A DNA stretch of 64,000 nucleotides from Acidobacteriota bacterium (GTDB lineage Bacteria > Acidobacteriota > UBA6911 > RPQK01 > JAPXNP01): NCBI GenBank assembly GCA_963663735.2, contig CAXXHN010000002.1, positions 522,880 through 586,879 of the forward strand. The letters run 5' to 3'. Below the pieces are notes generated by a model, which saw only the letters and a list, made by a program, of their open reading frames with translations, had not been told where the DNA came from and ran no database searches. Below are positions 36,928-46,077 of this stretch, piece after piece (position 1 is the first letter of the stretch; every line of letters begins with the position of its first letter). Position numbers and translations under genes: made by a program.

Positions 36928-39639
36928 TTATTTTTCTGCCGCAGGGGCTTTCTTCTCTCCCTTCACAATCCGAAGCCCACGGTAGGATTCACCGGCCTGG
37001 CAATCGCATTCGGTCTGTACCGGTTTGTCGGCGCTTCCTCCCAGGAGCACACCATTACCTCCTTCGTCAACGGCCCATTCAGCCACGTTTCCTCCGAGGT
37101 CGTATACCGCGTCTTTTCCCCTGAACTCCCCAACCTCCTTAAGCAGGGGCGCATTTTCACCTAATCCCCTTATCTTTTCAGCAAGGAGCTTCGTGTCATC
37201 CGGATTGGGGCTGTATCCTGCCCAGTAGTCAAGCGTGTTTCCTTCCGCACCCGAGTATATTCCGGCAATTTCTTTTTTGTCGGCGATCCGGTAGGTTTCA
37301 CCGGTAAGTTGTGAAAGCCATGCAGCGTAACCTTTTGCTTTTTCGAAAGTTATGCCGCTGGCTGGATAGTTTTCGGTCCCATGGGGGAATGCATAAGCAG
37401 GATCATATTCTTTGTACTGCGCTCTCGTTACCTCGAATTTTCCGACTTCCAGGTCTTTAACTTTAACCGTTTCAGGCACCAGCTTTTCCTTAACCGCTAC
37501 CCCGTAAAGTCCTTTGTTGCAGTTGGCATTTTTCAGCTCCAGCGCCATATCGAGCGGAGAGCCCTTCTTCAGCGCCTCGTTTTCAGGCTCGTAGGTCTTG
37601 AAAAGATACATATCAAACCACTTGAGGTCTTCATTCAGTTTCCGTGACTGGTGTTGGTATTTCCTCAACCCGTGCGGTTCACCCGGAAATACGACAAACC
37701 TGACCGGAGTCTTTGTTGCCTGCTGCATGACCCTGAAATGGGACCAGCTCTGGCTGGGAGGAACATTAACATCATCTGTTCCGGTATAAATGATGGTAGG
37801 GGTGGTAACATCCTTCAATTTGAAATACGGAGATTTTTTAATGTACAGCTCCGGCATTTCATAGGGAGGCCCTCCGAAGTAGTAGTTATCGAACGACGCG
37901 CCGAACATTACATTGGCCCAGTCACTTATCCATTCGACGTCACCGGCGCCGCAGGATGCCACTTTAAAACGGTTGCTGCGGGTTATCAGGGAAGTGGTGA
38001 GAATTGATCCGTTGGACCATCCCATGGTACCCAGCTGGTCCGGGTCAACCAGGCCCTTTTCGATCAGGTAATCAATGCCTTTTTCGATATCCACAGGTTC
38101 CAGATCGTAATACTTGCCATTGCCGATTGATTCCACCCATTCCAGCCCGTAGTTGGAGCTTCCATGATAGTTGATCTTGAGGACAAAGGCTCCTTTTTCG
38201 GAAAGGATCACTTTAGGAGACACATACGATTCACTCCAGGCATCCATATCAGCACCGGCCGGGCCGCCATGTATGGATAACATCAAGGGATATTTTTTCC
38301 CTGCCTGGTAGTTTTTCGGGTAATAGAGAATCCCCTCAACTGTATCATCATTGGCGCCTTTCCAGCTGATGATTTCACTCTTTGGAATGGCTTTGTTTAA
38401 GTATGAAGGATTCAGGTTGGTCAGCTGCTTTTCTCCCGTGATCTGGTTTTCCTGCAGCTTTGCCTGGTACCACTGGGGTGGGGTTGAAGCGGTACTGTAT
38501 TCGTAGGCCAGAGTCTTTCCATCCTGGCCAAGTGAAATCCCGAAGATGTTATCGGCATGATTGCCTTCCAGAGGAGACCTGGTCCAGGTATTCCCGTTCC
38601 TGACAAACCTGGAAGGCTCAAATCTCACACCGTCAGCCAACAGCGCGATAAAACCATCATCAGTTACAACCATGCTTGAATAATAACCTCCAAGGCCATT
38701 TTTCCAGTCCAGGGGCACTTCCACCGAAGTTTTGGTTGCGACATCGAAGTAATTGAGCAGGGTTACAGCGGCTGTAAAATAAATTGGATGGGTCGAATAC
38801 TCCCTGGCAAAGTAAAGTCCCATAGAGTCTTTACTCCACATGATTCCGGCAAATGCCACCCTGTTTCCCTTTTCCACTTCAAAGGCCTCACCGGTTTCCA
38901 GGTTGTATATAAACACGGCGGGAGTCACGGCATGGTCATAGGCGAACCTTAGAGAGCGCTGGTGAATGGCGGCGGCCCATTTGCCGTCAGGGGAAACATC
39001 CATGGAACTGATCCAGTCGGTATTATGGGAAATTCTTTTAATTTCCCCACTGTCCAGATTTACCTGGAACAGCCTTACCGGCGCTTCGTGGATCTCATCT
39101 TCAACAATGTTGGAGGTGTCCTTGTCTTTTTTGATTTCCTGGGCATAGAAGGAGGCCTCTTCTGCGGCCGCGAAAACAATAGTCCGGTTGTCTTTCCAGT
39201 CGAAGCTTCTGATGCTGCGGTCCAGCTTGACGGCCACGTAAGGTTCTCCACCATCCTTATCGAGCATCCAGAGCCGGCCAAGAGTTTCTGAGTCCTTACT
39301 GTCATTACTGGGCCTGGTGCTGATGAACGCGATTCGGGTGCCATCTGGTGACCAGGCGGGGCTGTTATAACTGTCTTTTCCCCTGGTTAGTTGGATTTCC
39401 TTTTCCCTGGTGAGGCTGCTCAGGTAAAGATTGGAGATCCTTCCCCCTTTTTCTTTATCCATCTGGCTTTTAACCCACACCGCCCATTCTCCGTCCGGGG
39501 AGATCTCCGGGCTGCCGGCATATTCAGCAAGTATTATGTCGTCCGGAGACCATGTTATTTCATCAGCAGCCGATGAAAATGAGGTCAGCAGGGCAGCTAT
39601 TATGGCAAGGTATGACAGGGTTTTTACAAATAATCTCAT
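36928..39639 (-). CDS. Exported S9-family serine peptidase (beta-propeller plus alpha/beta-hydrolase) fused to a C-terminal FGE-sulfatase (SUMF1-like) domain
   Basis: Track ORF runs to 39675. I prefer the ATG at 39639 (MRLFVKTLSYLAIIAALLTSFSSA signal peptide, AGGAG 10 nt upstream). TolB-like propeller repeats. Nucleophile GWSNGS, TGTDDVNVP, GEPHGL. C-terminal ~220 aa: EVTRAQYKEY...PASGITFEKAKGYAAWLSQLTGETYRIADKKE...GGNVAEW... Confidence 0.85.
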   Translation of the reverse strand: MRLFVKTLSYLAIIAALLTSFSSAADEITWSPDDIILAEYAGSPEISPDGEWAVWVKSQMDKEKGGRISNLYLSSLTREKEIQLTRGKDSYNSPAWSPDGTRIAFISTRPSNDSKDSETLGRLWMLDKDGGEPYVAVKLDRSIRSFDWKDNRTIVFAAAEEASFYAQEIKKDKDTSNIVEDEIHEAPVRLFQVNLDSGEIKRISHNTDWISSMDVSPDGKWAAAIHQRSLRFAYDHAVTPAVFIYNLETGEAFEVEKGNRVAFAGIMWSKDSMGLYFAREYSTHPIYFTAAVTLLNYFDVATKTSVEVPLDWKNGLGGYYSSMVVTDDGFIALLADGVRFEPSRFVRNGNTWTRSPLEGNHADNIFGISLGQDGKTLAYEYSTASTPPQWYQAKLQENQITGEKQLTNLNPSYLNKAIPKSEIISWKGANDDTVEGILYYPKNYQAGKKYPLMLSIHGGPAGADMDAWSESYVSPKVILSEKGAFVLKINYHGSSNYGLEWVESIGNGKYYDLEPVDIEKGIDYLIEKGLVDPDQLGTMGWSNGSILTTSLITRSNRFKVASCGAGDVEWISDWANVMFGASFDNYYFGGPPYEMPELYIKKSPYFKLKDVTTPTIIYTGTDDVNVPPSQSWSHFRVMQQATKTPVRFVVFPGEPHGLRKYQHQSRKLNEDLKWFDMYLFKTYEPENEALKKGSPLDMALELKNANCNKGLYGVAVKEKLVPETVKVKDLEVGKFEVTRAQYKEYDPAYAFPHGTENYPASGITFEKAKGYAAWLSQLTGETYRIADKKEIAGIYSGAEGNTLDYWAGYSPNPDDTKLLAEKIRGLGENAPLLKEVGEFRGKDAVYDLGGNVAEWAVDEGGNGVLLGGSADKPVQTECDCQAGESYRGLRIVKGEKKAPAAEK

Positions 39640-40016
39640 CGATGAAATCTCCTGTAGTTTTAAGGTCAATACCAAGATGTCGATCCCGGTATTCTGGCAT
39701 TAACACTTGACTATTTCAGTTGGAACTATCCTCCAGCATTGTTTCAATGATAAAGCATTTTTTGATGTAAAACTGAAGTTTTTAAGAACTGGTGATCGGG
39801 AGGATAAAATCAACATGCCGGCATCAAGGCTGGCTTGAGTATCCACCAGGCAGGGCCAGAAGCCCTCACCGGAAAAGGGATTGATTTCCGGAGGAATTGT
39901 TTCTCAGAATTGCCTGCTTGCGGGTAACAAGAGAGAAACGCGGATTAACTGATAAATACTTTCACGTTGCACTTATCAAACGGACTCCATTTGTGTAGAA
40001 TAGGAATCCTTCAGAC

Positions 40017-40104
40017 GCCGGAGTGGCGAAACTGGTAGACGCGCTGCGTTCAGGGCGCAGTGGGCTTTATGCCCATGGGGGTTCGAGTCCCTTCTCCGGC
40101 ACCA
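40017..40104 (+). tRNA. tRNA-Leu (anticodon CAG), CCA encoded
   Basis: GCCGGAG...CTCCGGC acceptor stem. Anticodon arm CTGCG-TTCAGGG-CGCAG. Long variable arm TGGGCTTTATGCCCA. GTTCGAGTC T-loop. ACCA end. Confidence 0.93.
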
Positions 40105-40307
40105 CCTTTTTTTGATTTGTGATTCAGGATATCAGGAACAATGGCTGACGGCCGGACCTGTCAAATTGATGAGATGACCAGGATGGGAATCTCCCTTCCA
40201 GTTATCTGTCACGATACAAAAATTCATAGCTTACGACTGTTTTCTTTTATCCTGAGCCTATACAATCGCTGTATTCAACCCTAATTTATTAAACAAGGGA
40301 GGCCGCA

Positions 40308-41681
40308 ATGCCGTTTCTGGATGAAAACTATTTACTTGGTTCTGAGACAGCTATCCAGCTTTACAAGGAAGTTGGGGAACTGCCCATAGTTGATGCCCAC
40401 AACCACCTGGACATTAATGAGATCGTAGATAACCAGCCGTGGAAGGATGTCTGGGAAGTAGAAGGTGCCACTGACCATTATGTATGGGAAATGATGCGGC
40501 GCCGGGGAATTCCTGAAAGATTGATTACCGGTCCAGGCAGCAACCATGATAAATGGGCGGCCCTCTGCCGGATTTTTCCAGAGCTGGTTGGCAATCCCGC
40601 CTATGAATGGATTCATCTGGACCTGAAACGCAGGTTTCTGATCAATTCCGTAATTTGCGAGGAAAATTCCGAAATCATCTGGACGAGAATTGAAAAGGAA
40701 CTCCAGGAACCCAGGATGCTTCCCCAGGAGCTCCTGGGGGAGATGAAAGTGGAGATCATGTGTACCACGGATGATCCCTGCATCAAGCTTCCCGGACATG
40801 AGCGGGCCGCCAGGGAGGTATCATGCACCAGAATCCTGCCCACCTGGAGGCCTGACAAGTGCAGTGATCCCGGGCATACCCGGTGGAAACCATTCATAAA
40901 ACAGCTTGGCTCGGAATGCGGGGAAGACACTTCAAAGCTGCAGGGGCTGCTGGCAAGCCTGGAAAAGAGTCATGATTACTTTGACCAGATGGGCTGTGTT
41001 GCCAGTGACCATGGAATGGAAGGACCCTTTGGCAACCCATTGCCTGATAAACAGGCTGAAAAAGTGCATGAAAAAGCTTTCAGGGGAGAAGCCCTGAGCC
41101 GGGACGAAATCAGCGGATACATGGCCTTCATGCTCGATTTTTATGGGCGCTTGAATGCTGAAAAAGACTGGGTGACTCAACTCCATATCGGCGCCCGCAG
41201 AGATTACAGAAATTCACTCGCCGCCACCCTTGGCCCTGACAGTGGTGGGGATGTTTCAATTCTTAATATTGATTTCACCACGGGACTGCAGCATTTCCTG
41301 AATGAATTTGACGAAAAAATGCATGTGGTGCTTTATTGCCTGGATCCGGGACACCTGCCTTCATCAGTGACCCTGGCCCGCGCATTTCCAAACGTACAGG
41401 TGGGTGCGCCATGGTGGTTCAATGACAGCCCATATGGCATGGAAACCCAGCTGCGTTACATATCCTCGGTGGACGCGCTTTCCAACCTGGCCGGAATGGT
41501 GACTGATTCCAGGAAACTCATGTCCTTCGGCTCCCGCACAGAAATGTTCCGCAGGGTCTTATGCGATGTTGCCGGCAGGTGGGTTGAACTGGGGCAGGCT
41601 CCTGAAGGATATGTACTGGACATGGTGACGTCACTATCCTACGAAAGGCCCAGGGAACTCTTTTTCCGGAAAAAAGTCTAG
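40308..41681 (+). CDS. uxaC: Glucuronate isomerase
   Basis: 457 aa: MPFLDENYLLGSETAIQLYKEVGELPIVDAHNHLD is the characteristic UxaC N-terminus. AAGGGAGG ribosome-binding site. Confidence 0.88.
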   Translation: MPFLDENYLLGSETAIQLYKEVGELPIVDAHNHLDINEIVDNQPWKDVWEVEGATDHYVWEMMRRRGIPERLITGPGSNHDKWAALCRIFPELVGNPAYEWIHLDLKRRFLINSVICEENSEIIWTRIEKELQEPRMLPQELLGEMKVEIMCTTDDPCIKLPGHERAAREVSCTRILPTWRPDKCSDPGHTRWKPFIKQLGSECGEDTSKLQGLLASLEKSHDYFDQMGCVASDHGMEGPFGNPLPDKQAEKVHEKAFRGEALSRDEISGYMAFMLDFYGRLNAEKDWVTQLHIGARRDYRNSLAATLGPDSGGDVSILNIDFTTGLQHFLNEFDEKMHVVLYCLDPGHLPSSVTLARAFPNVQVGAPWWFNDSPYGMETQLRYISSVDALSNLAGMVTDSRKLMSFGSRTEMFRRVLCDVAGRWVELGQAPEGYVLDMVTSLSYERPRELFFRKKV

Positions 41682-41784
41682 AACGGTGAAATCAATGCTG
41701 GATTATGGGTTCAAAAAACTAAAGACCAGCTGGCAGATTCGCGCTGAAAAACGATAATCAACAGGATAACGGGTTCGCATAAAA

Positions 41785-43170
41785 ATGAGCAGGAAGCTTT
41801 TTCGTTTGATTCCATCAGTTAATGACCTTCTGGCCCTGCCGGAAATCACCAGGTTAATGGATACCTATCCACGTGCCCTGGTGCTGCAGTTCCTGAATAT
41901 CCTCCTGGAGGAAGTGAGGGAAAAAATCCGCCTGGAAACAATCAATGAAAAAGAGCTGCAACCCCTGGTAGAAGGCCTTCCCCAGCGGCTTGCCACCGCC
42001 TTGCTGGGAGTTTCCGCCCCTACCCTCAGGCCGGTTATAAATGCCACGGGAATAATCATTTATACGAATGTAGGCCGGGCCCCCATTTCCAGGAAGATCG
42101 CGGAAGAGTTCATTGACACTGTATGCAGCTATAACAACCTTGAATATGATGTTGAAAAGGGGAGCAGGGGGCACAGGGACATTCATTTTGAATCAAGGAT
42201 AACCAGGCTGATGGGATGTGAAGCGGCATCAGTCTGCAATAATGCCGCCGCCGCCCTGATGATAATTCTGAATACCCTGGCCCATGACAAGAATGTGATC
42301 ATTTCCAGGGGGGAACTGGTTGAGATCGGCGGATCCTTCAGGATCCCGGATATACTGGAGAAAAGCGGGGCCAGGCTTCGGGAGATCGGCACTACCAACC
42401 GAACATTCCTGAGGGATTACGAAAATGCCATAGACGATGATACCGGCCTGATATTGAAGGTTCATGCCGGGAATTACCAGATAACCGGCTTTACCAGTGC
42501 AGCCGGGATTCCGGAGCTGGCTGAACTGGCAGCTTCCCGGAGGATCCCCCTGGTACATGATGCCGGGAGCGGCCTGCTTTTCCCCTCCAGCGAAAAATCT
42601 CTTGAGAATGAACCTTCCATCAGGGAATCCCTGGATGCAGGCTCTGACCTGGTATGTTTCAGCGGAGACAAGTTATTAGGCGGCCCACAATCAGGCATCA
42701 TTGTGGGAAAGCAGCAATATGTTTCCCGAATCCGCAAAAATCCCCTGATGCGGACGCTTCGGATTGACAAGGTGATCTGTTCTCTCCTGGACCGGACCCT
42801 GATGGAATACGAAATGGGAAGGGAGGAAATTAATATTCCGGTCAGGAAATTCATAACCCTTCCTGTAGAAGAGATAGAAAAAAGGGCAGCTGGCCTGGCA
42901 GCCCGGATCAGCAATCCGGAACTGCGGGCCGACGTAATAAAGGGATTCTCCAAGTGCGGGGGAGGCTCTTCCCCGGGAGGAGAAATCCCCACGGCTCTCA
43001 TTTCAATCGGGAGCCCCAGTTTTTCCGCGGCATCAATTGAAAGATACTTCAGGTCAAGGGATATTCCGATCCTGACCAGGATAGAAAAGGAGCAGGTCCT
43101 GATAGACCTGCGGACAGTGTTCCCGGAACAGGATGAAATCATAGCAGAGGCCATCAATTCTCTGGCCTAG
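41785..43170 (+). CDS. selA: L-seryl-tRNA(Sec) selenium transferase
   Basis: 461 aa: NNAAAALMIILNTLA...VIISRGELVEIGGSFRIPDILEKSGARLREIGTTNRT...CFSGDKLLGGPQSGIIVGK (PLP Lys region). Confidence 0.88.
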   Translation: MSRKLFRLIPSVNDLLALPEITRLMDTYPRALVLQFLNILLEEVREKIRLETINEKELQPLVEGLPQRLATALLGVSAPTLRPVINATGIIIYTNVGRAPISRKIAEEFIDTVCSYNNLEYDVEKGSRGHRDIHFESRITRLMGCEAASVCNNAAAALMIILNTLAHDKNVIISRGELVEIGGSFRIPDILEKSGARLREIGTTNRTFLRDYENAIDDDTGLILKVHAGNYQITGFTSAAGIPELAELAASRRIPLVHDAGSGLLFPSSEKSLENEPSIRESLDAGSDLVCFSGDKLLGGPQSGIIVGKQQYVSRIRKNPLMRTLRIDKVICSLLDRTLMEYEMGREEINIPVRKFITLPVEEIEKRAAGLAARISNPELRADVIKGFSKCGGGSSPGGEIPTALISIGSPSFSAASIERYFRSRDIPILTRIEKEQVLIDLRTVFPEQDEIIAEAINSLA

Positions 43171-43319
43171 CTGTTATTAACAGGTCCGTTCACTATTGGG
43201 TTATGCAGTTTTCCCCGCAAATCTTCATCTTTCATTTGCATAGCTACCTGCTCCGTTTTTTAAAGGAAGGAATATTAACTCATTCCCGGATCTTCAGTAT
43301 GAGGCTTTCAGTGTTGTTT

Positions 43320-44042
43320 TTATCTGCCTTTATTCCCGCTGATTTCCTTAAGCAGGCCGTGCAGCATCTTAATATCGTCTCTTTCCAGTTGGGCGCGCCG
43401 GGCCATTTTTTCCAGCCTGATCATGGCCTTGTCTACCGAAAGCCTGGGGGATGTTTCAATTCCCTCCAGGGTTGACCTGGCTTTTTCCAACAGTATGTCG
43501 ACCTGTTCCGTAGAGGCAAGCCTTTTAGGTGTGTCAGCATGAGAGGCGCGGAAAGCCATGTTCAGTTCGTAAGACACAATGGCTGCCGACTGGGCAAGGT
43601 TCAGGACCGGATAATCCGAATCTGTAGGAATCTCAACCAGCCACTGGCAGAACGGGAGTTCTTCCTTTAACAGGCCGTTGTTTTCTGATCCGAAAACTAT
43701 GCCTGTTGTTGAATTTCTCATGCTGGGAAGCAGCTCTTCCGAAAGTGCCCTGCAATCTATCAGGCTGCTTCGATGGCCGCGGTATCTGGCGGTTGTCCCG
43801 ATAAGGACATCCAGTTTTTCGGCGGCTTTTTCCAGGGAAGGAAGAAATTCGGCTGATTCCAGGATATCAGCCCCTTTCATCGCGTAGCTTCGGGCTTCCA
43901 TGCCTACTTCACATTCAGGCTGAACCAGGATCAATTTACTGAATCCCATGTTTTTCATGATCCGAACCGATGAACCAAGATTCGAGGCGAACTGGGTCCT
44001 GACAAAAATAAAATGGACATTATCCTTGAGGATGTTAGGCAT
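43320..44042 (-). CDS. SpoU/TrmH-superfamily RNA 2'-O-methyltransferase (TrmJ-like, group 1)
   Basis: 240 aa: FIFVRTQFASNLGSSVRIMKNMGF...VFGSENNGL...IPTDSDYPVLNLAQSAAIVSYEL. Confidence 0.8.
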   Translation of the reverse strand: MPNILKDNVHFIFVRTQFASNLGSSVRIMKNMGFSKLILVQPECEVGMEARSYAMKGADILESAEFLPSLEKAAEKLDVLIGTTARYRGHRSSLIDCRALSEELLPSMRNSTTGIVFGSENNGLLKEELPFCQWLVEIPTDSDYPVLNLAQSAAIVSYELNMAFRASHADTPKRLASTEQVDILLEKARSTLEGIETSPRLSVDKAMIRLEKMARRAQLERDDIKMLHGLLKEISGNKGR

Positions 44043-44102
44043 GGCATAAAAGTTTAACCTAATTCAGCTTCATATTCCTGAGATTGTGGATATCAAATAA
44101 AA

Positions 44103-44124
44103 ATATGCATAAACTAATGCATAT
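44103..44124. promoter_or_regulatory. Inverted repeat ATATGCAT-N6-ATGCATAT just upstream of a TATAAT box in the trmJ-like / pruA divergent region
   Basis: Read directly. TATAAT lies at 44139..44144, and two further small hairpins follow (CAGCCTG-ACTGG-CAGGCTG, GAGTC-N7-GACTC). Confidence 0.35.
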
Positions 44125-44226
44125 ATGCAGAAACAGAATATAATGAATGCAGCCTGACTGGCAGGCTGGAGGAGAGTCAAAAAACGACTCTAAAAGTAGA
44201 TAAAATCAAAATCGGGAGGAACGGTC

Positions 44227-45780
44227 ATGGAGTTAGCAGATTTCAGGAACCAGGCGCTGTTGGATTTTTCAGATCCGGAAAACAGGGGCGCCATGGAACG
44301 TGCAATTGCCAGGGTCCGAAGTGAACTCGGCTCCGAGTATCCATTGATAATCGGGGATGACAAACTGTACGTTGAAGATAAGATCCGCTCTCTAAATCCT
44401 TCGAATTGTGAGGAGGTAGTAGGGATTTCCCAGAACGCGACCCTTGAAATGGTGGATAGGGCGATTACCACGGCTGAAAAGGCTTTCACGGTGTGGAGCT
44501 CCAAAAGCGCGGAGGAACGGGTCGCATACATGATGAAGGTAAACGAAATAATGAAAGACAGGAGGCTGGAACTTGCCGCCTGGATGGTTATGGAAGTTGG
44601 AAAATCCTGGGTTGAGGCTGATGCTGATGTGGCGGAAGCTATTGATTTCTGTGATTATTACAACCGTCTGGCATTGAAACTGGCCCATCCTGATCCGCTG
44701 ACTCCTTTTGCGGGTGAGGTTAATGAATGCATGTATATCCCGCTCGGTGTCGGTGTTGTGATTCCACCATGGAATTTTCCTCTGGCCATAATGGCCGGAA
44801 TGACTTTTGCTTCAATAGTTAGCGGAAATACCGTGGTCCTTAAACCATCAAGTGACGCGCCCTGCATTGCGGCGCAATTAATGAAGATTTTTGAAGAAGC
44901 TGGAATACCTCCCGGAGTGGTCAATTACCTGCCCGGGCGGGGAAGCGTTATTGGAGATCCACTGGTGCAGCATCCCAGGACGCGGTTCATCTCTTTTACC
45001 GGGTCCAAGGAAATAGGATTGAGGATCAACAGACTGGCTGCCGAGACCTCTCCAGGTCAGATTTGGATTAAACGGGTACTGGCGGAAATGGGTGGAAAAG
45101 ACACCATCATCGTGGATGAGGAAGCCAATCTGGATGACGCGGTAACTGGTGTGATATCTTCTGCTTTTGGGTTCCAGGGCCAGAAATGTTCAGCCTGTTC
45201 CAGGGTGATTGTCCATTCCAGCCTCTATGATGACTTTCTTGAAAAAGTAGTGGCTGGTAGCAAAAGAGCAATCGTAGAAGGAGAGGTTGAAAAGTATGGA
45301 GTGAACTTCGGGCCGGTAATCAACCGGAGCGCCCAGAAATCCATAATGAACTACATTGAAACCGGAAAGAAGCAGGGAAGGCTCTTGCTGGGAGGAGAGC
45401 AGGGTGATCCCAGGGGATGCTTTGTTAAGCCCACCATAATAGCTGATGTTGATCCGGAAGCTGTTATTTCCCAGGAAGAGATTTTCGGCCCGGTGCTGGC
45501 TGTAATCAAATCTTCGGATTATGACGATGCCTTGAGGATTGTCAACAATACCGAGTATGGACTGACCGGTGCTGTGTATACGGCAAATGAGGCCAAGATC
45601 GAAAGGGCCCGCCGGGAGTTTCACGTAGGGAACCTCTATTTCAACAGGAAATGCACAGGCGCATTGGTTGGAGTTCATCCCTTCGGAGGATTCAACATGA
45701 GCGGGACAGATTCCAAAGCCGGTGGTCCGGACTACCTGTACCTGTTTACCCAGATGAAGTCGGTATCGAGGAAGATCTGA
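44227..45780 (+). CDS. pruA: L-glutamate gamma-semialdehyde (1-pyrroline-5-carboxylate) dehydrogenase
   Basis: 517 aa. The N-terminus FRNQALLDFSDPENRGAMERAIARVRSELGSEYPLIIG is typical of RocA/PruA-type enzymes. Aldehyde-dehydrogenase motifs EMGGKD and GQKCSACSR. Confidence 0.88.
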   Translation: MELADFRNQALLDFSDPENRGAMERAIARVRSELGSEYPLIIGDDKLYVEDKIRSLNPSNCEEVVGISQNATLEMVDRAITTAEKAFTVWSSKSAEERVAYMMKVNEIMKDRRLELAAWMVMEVGKSWVEADADVAEAIDFCDYYNRLALKLAHPDPLTPFAGEVNECMYIPLGVGVVIPPWNFPLAIMAGMTFASIVSGNTVVLKPSSDAPCIAAQLMKIFEEAGIPPGVVNYLPGRGSVIGDPLVQHPRTRFISFTGSKEIGLRINRLAAETSPGQIWIKRVLAEMGGKDTIIVDEEANLDDAVTGVISSAFGFQGQKCSACSRVIVHSSLYDDFLEKVVAGSKRAIVEGEVEKYGVNFGPVINRSAQKSIMNYIETGKKQGRLLLGGEQGDPRGCFVKPTIIADVDPEAVISQEEIFGPVLAVIKSSDYDDALRIVNNTEYGLTGAVYTANEAKIERARREFHVGNLYFNRKCTGALVGVHPFGGFNMSGTDSKAGGPDYLYLFTQMKSVSRKI

Positions 45781-46077
45781 TAACTGACTCATGGCGATTG
45801 ACGATTTGCGGATCGAATCTTATTAAATCAGTGCCAAAGGGCAGGCTGAAGCAGTGTAGTCCCTGAGGAGGGATGACAGGAAGTAACCCGGGGCGACCCA
45901 CCAGAGCTGAAAGAGCGGAGGAGGGGAGCATCGGGAATTCCGGGCCTGCAGTCATGAGCCCATACAGGCTTTTTAGGTAGAGGAGGATTCCTCCTGATCC
46001 AGGGGTCCGCCTGGCGGAGTCACCCTGATCTATTCCATGCCGGGCCTCCGGCCTTGATGCCATGGGAGTTTCCTTCC

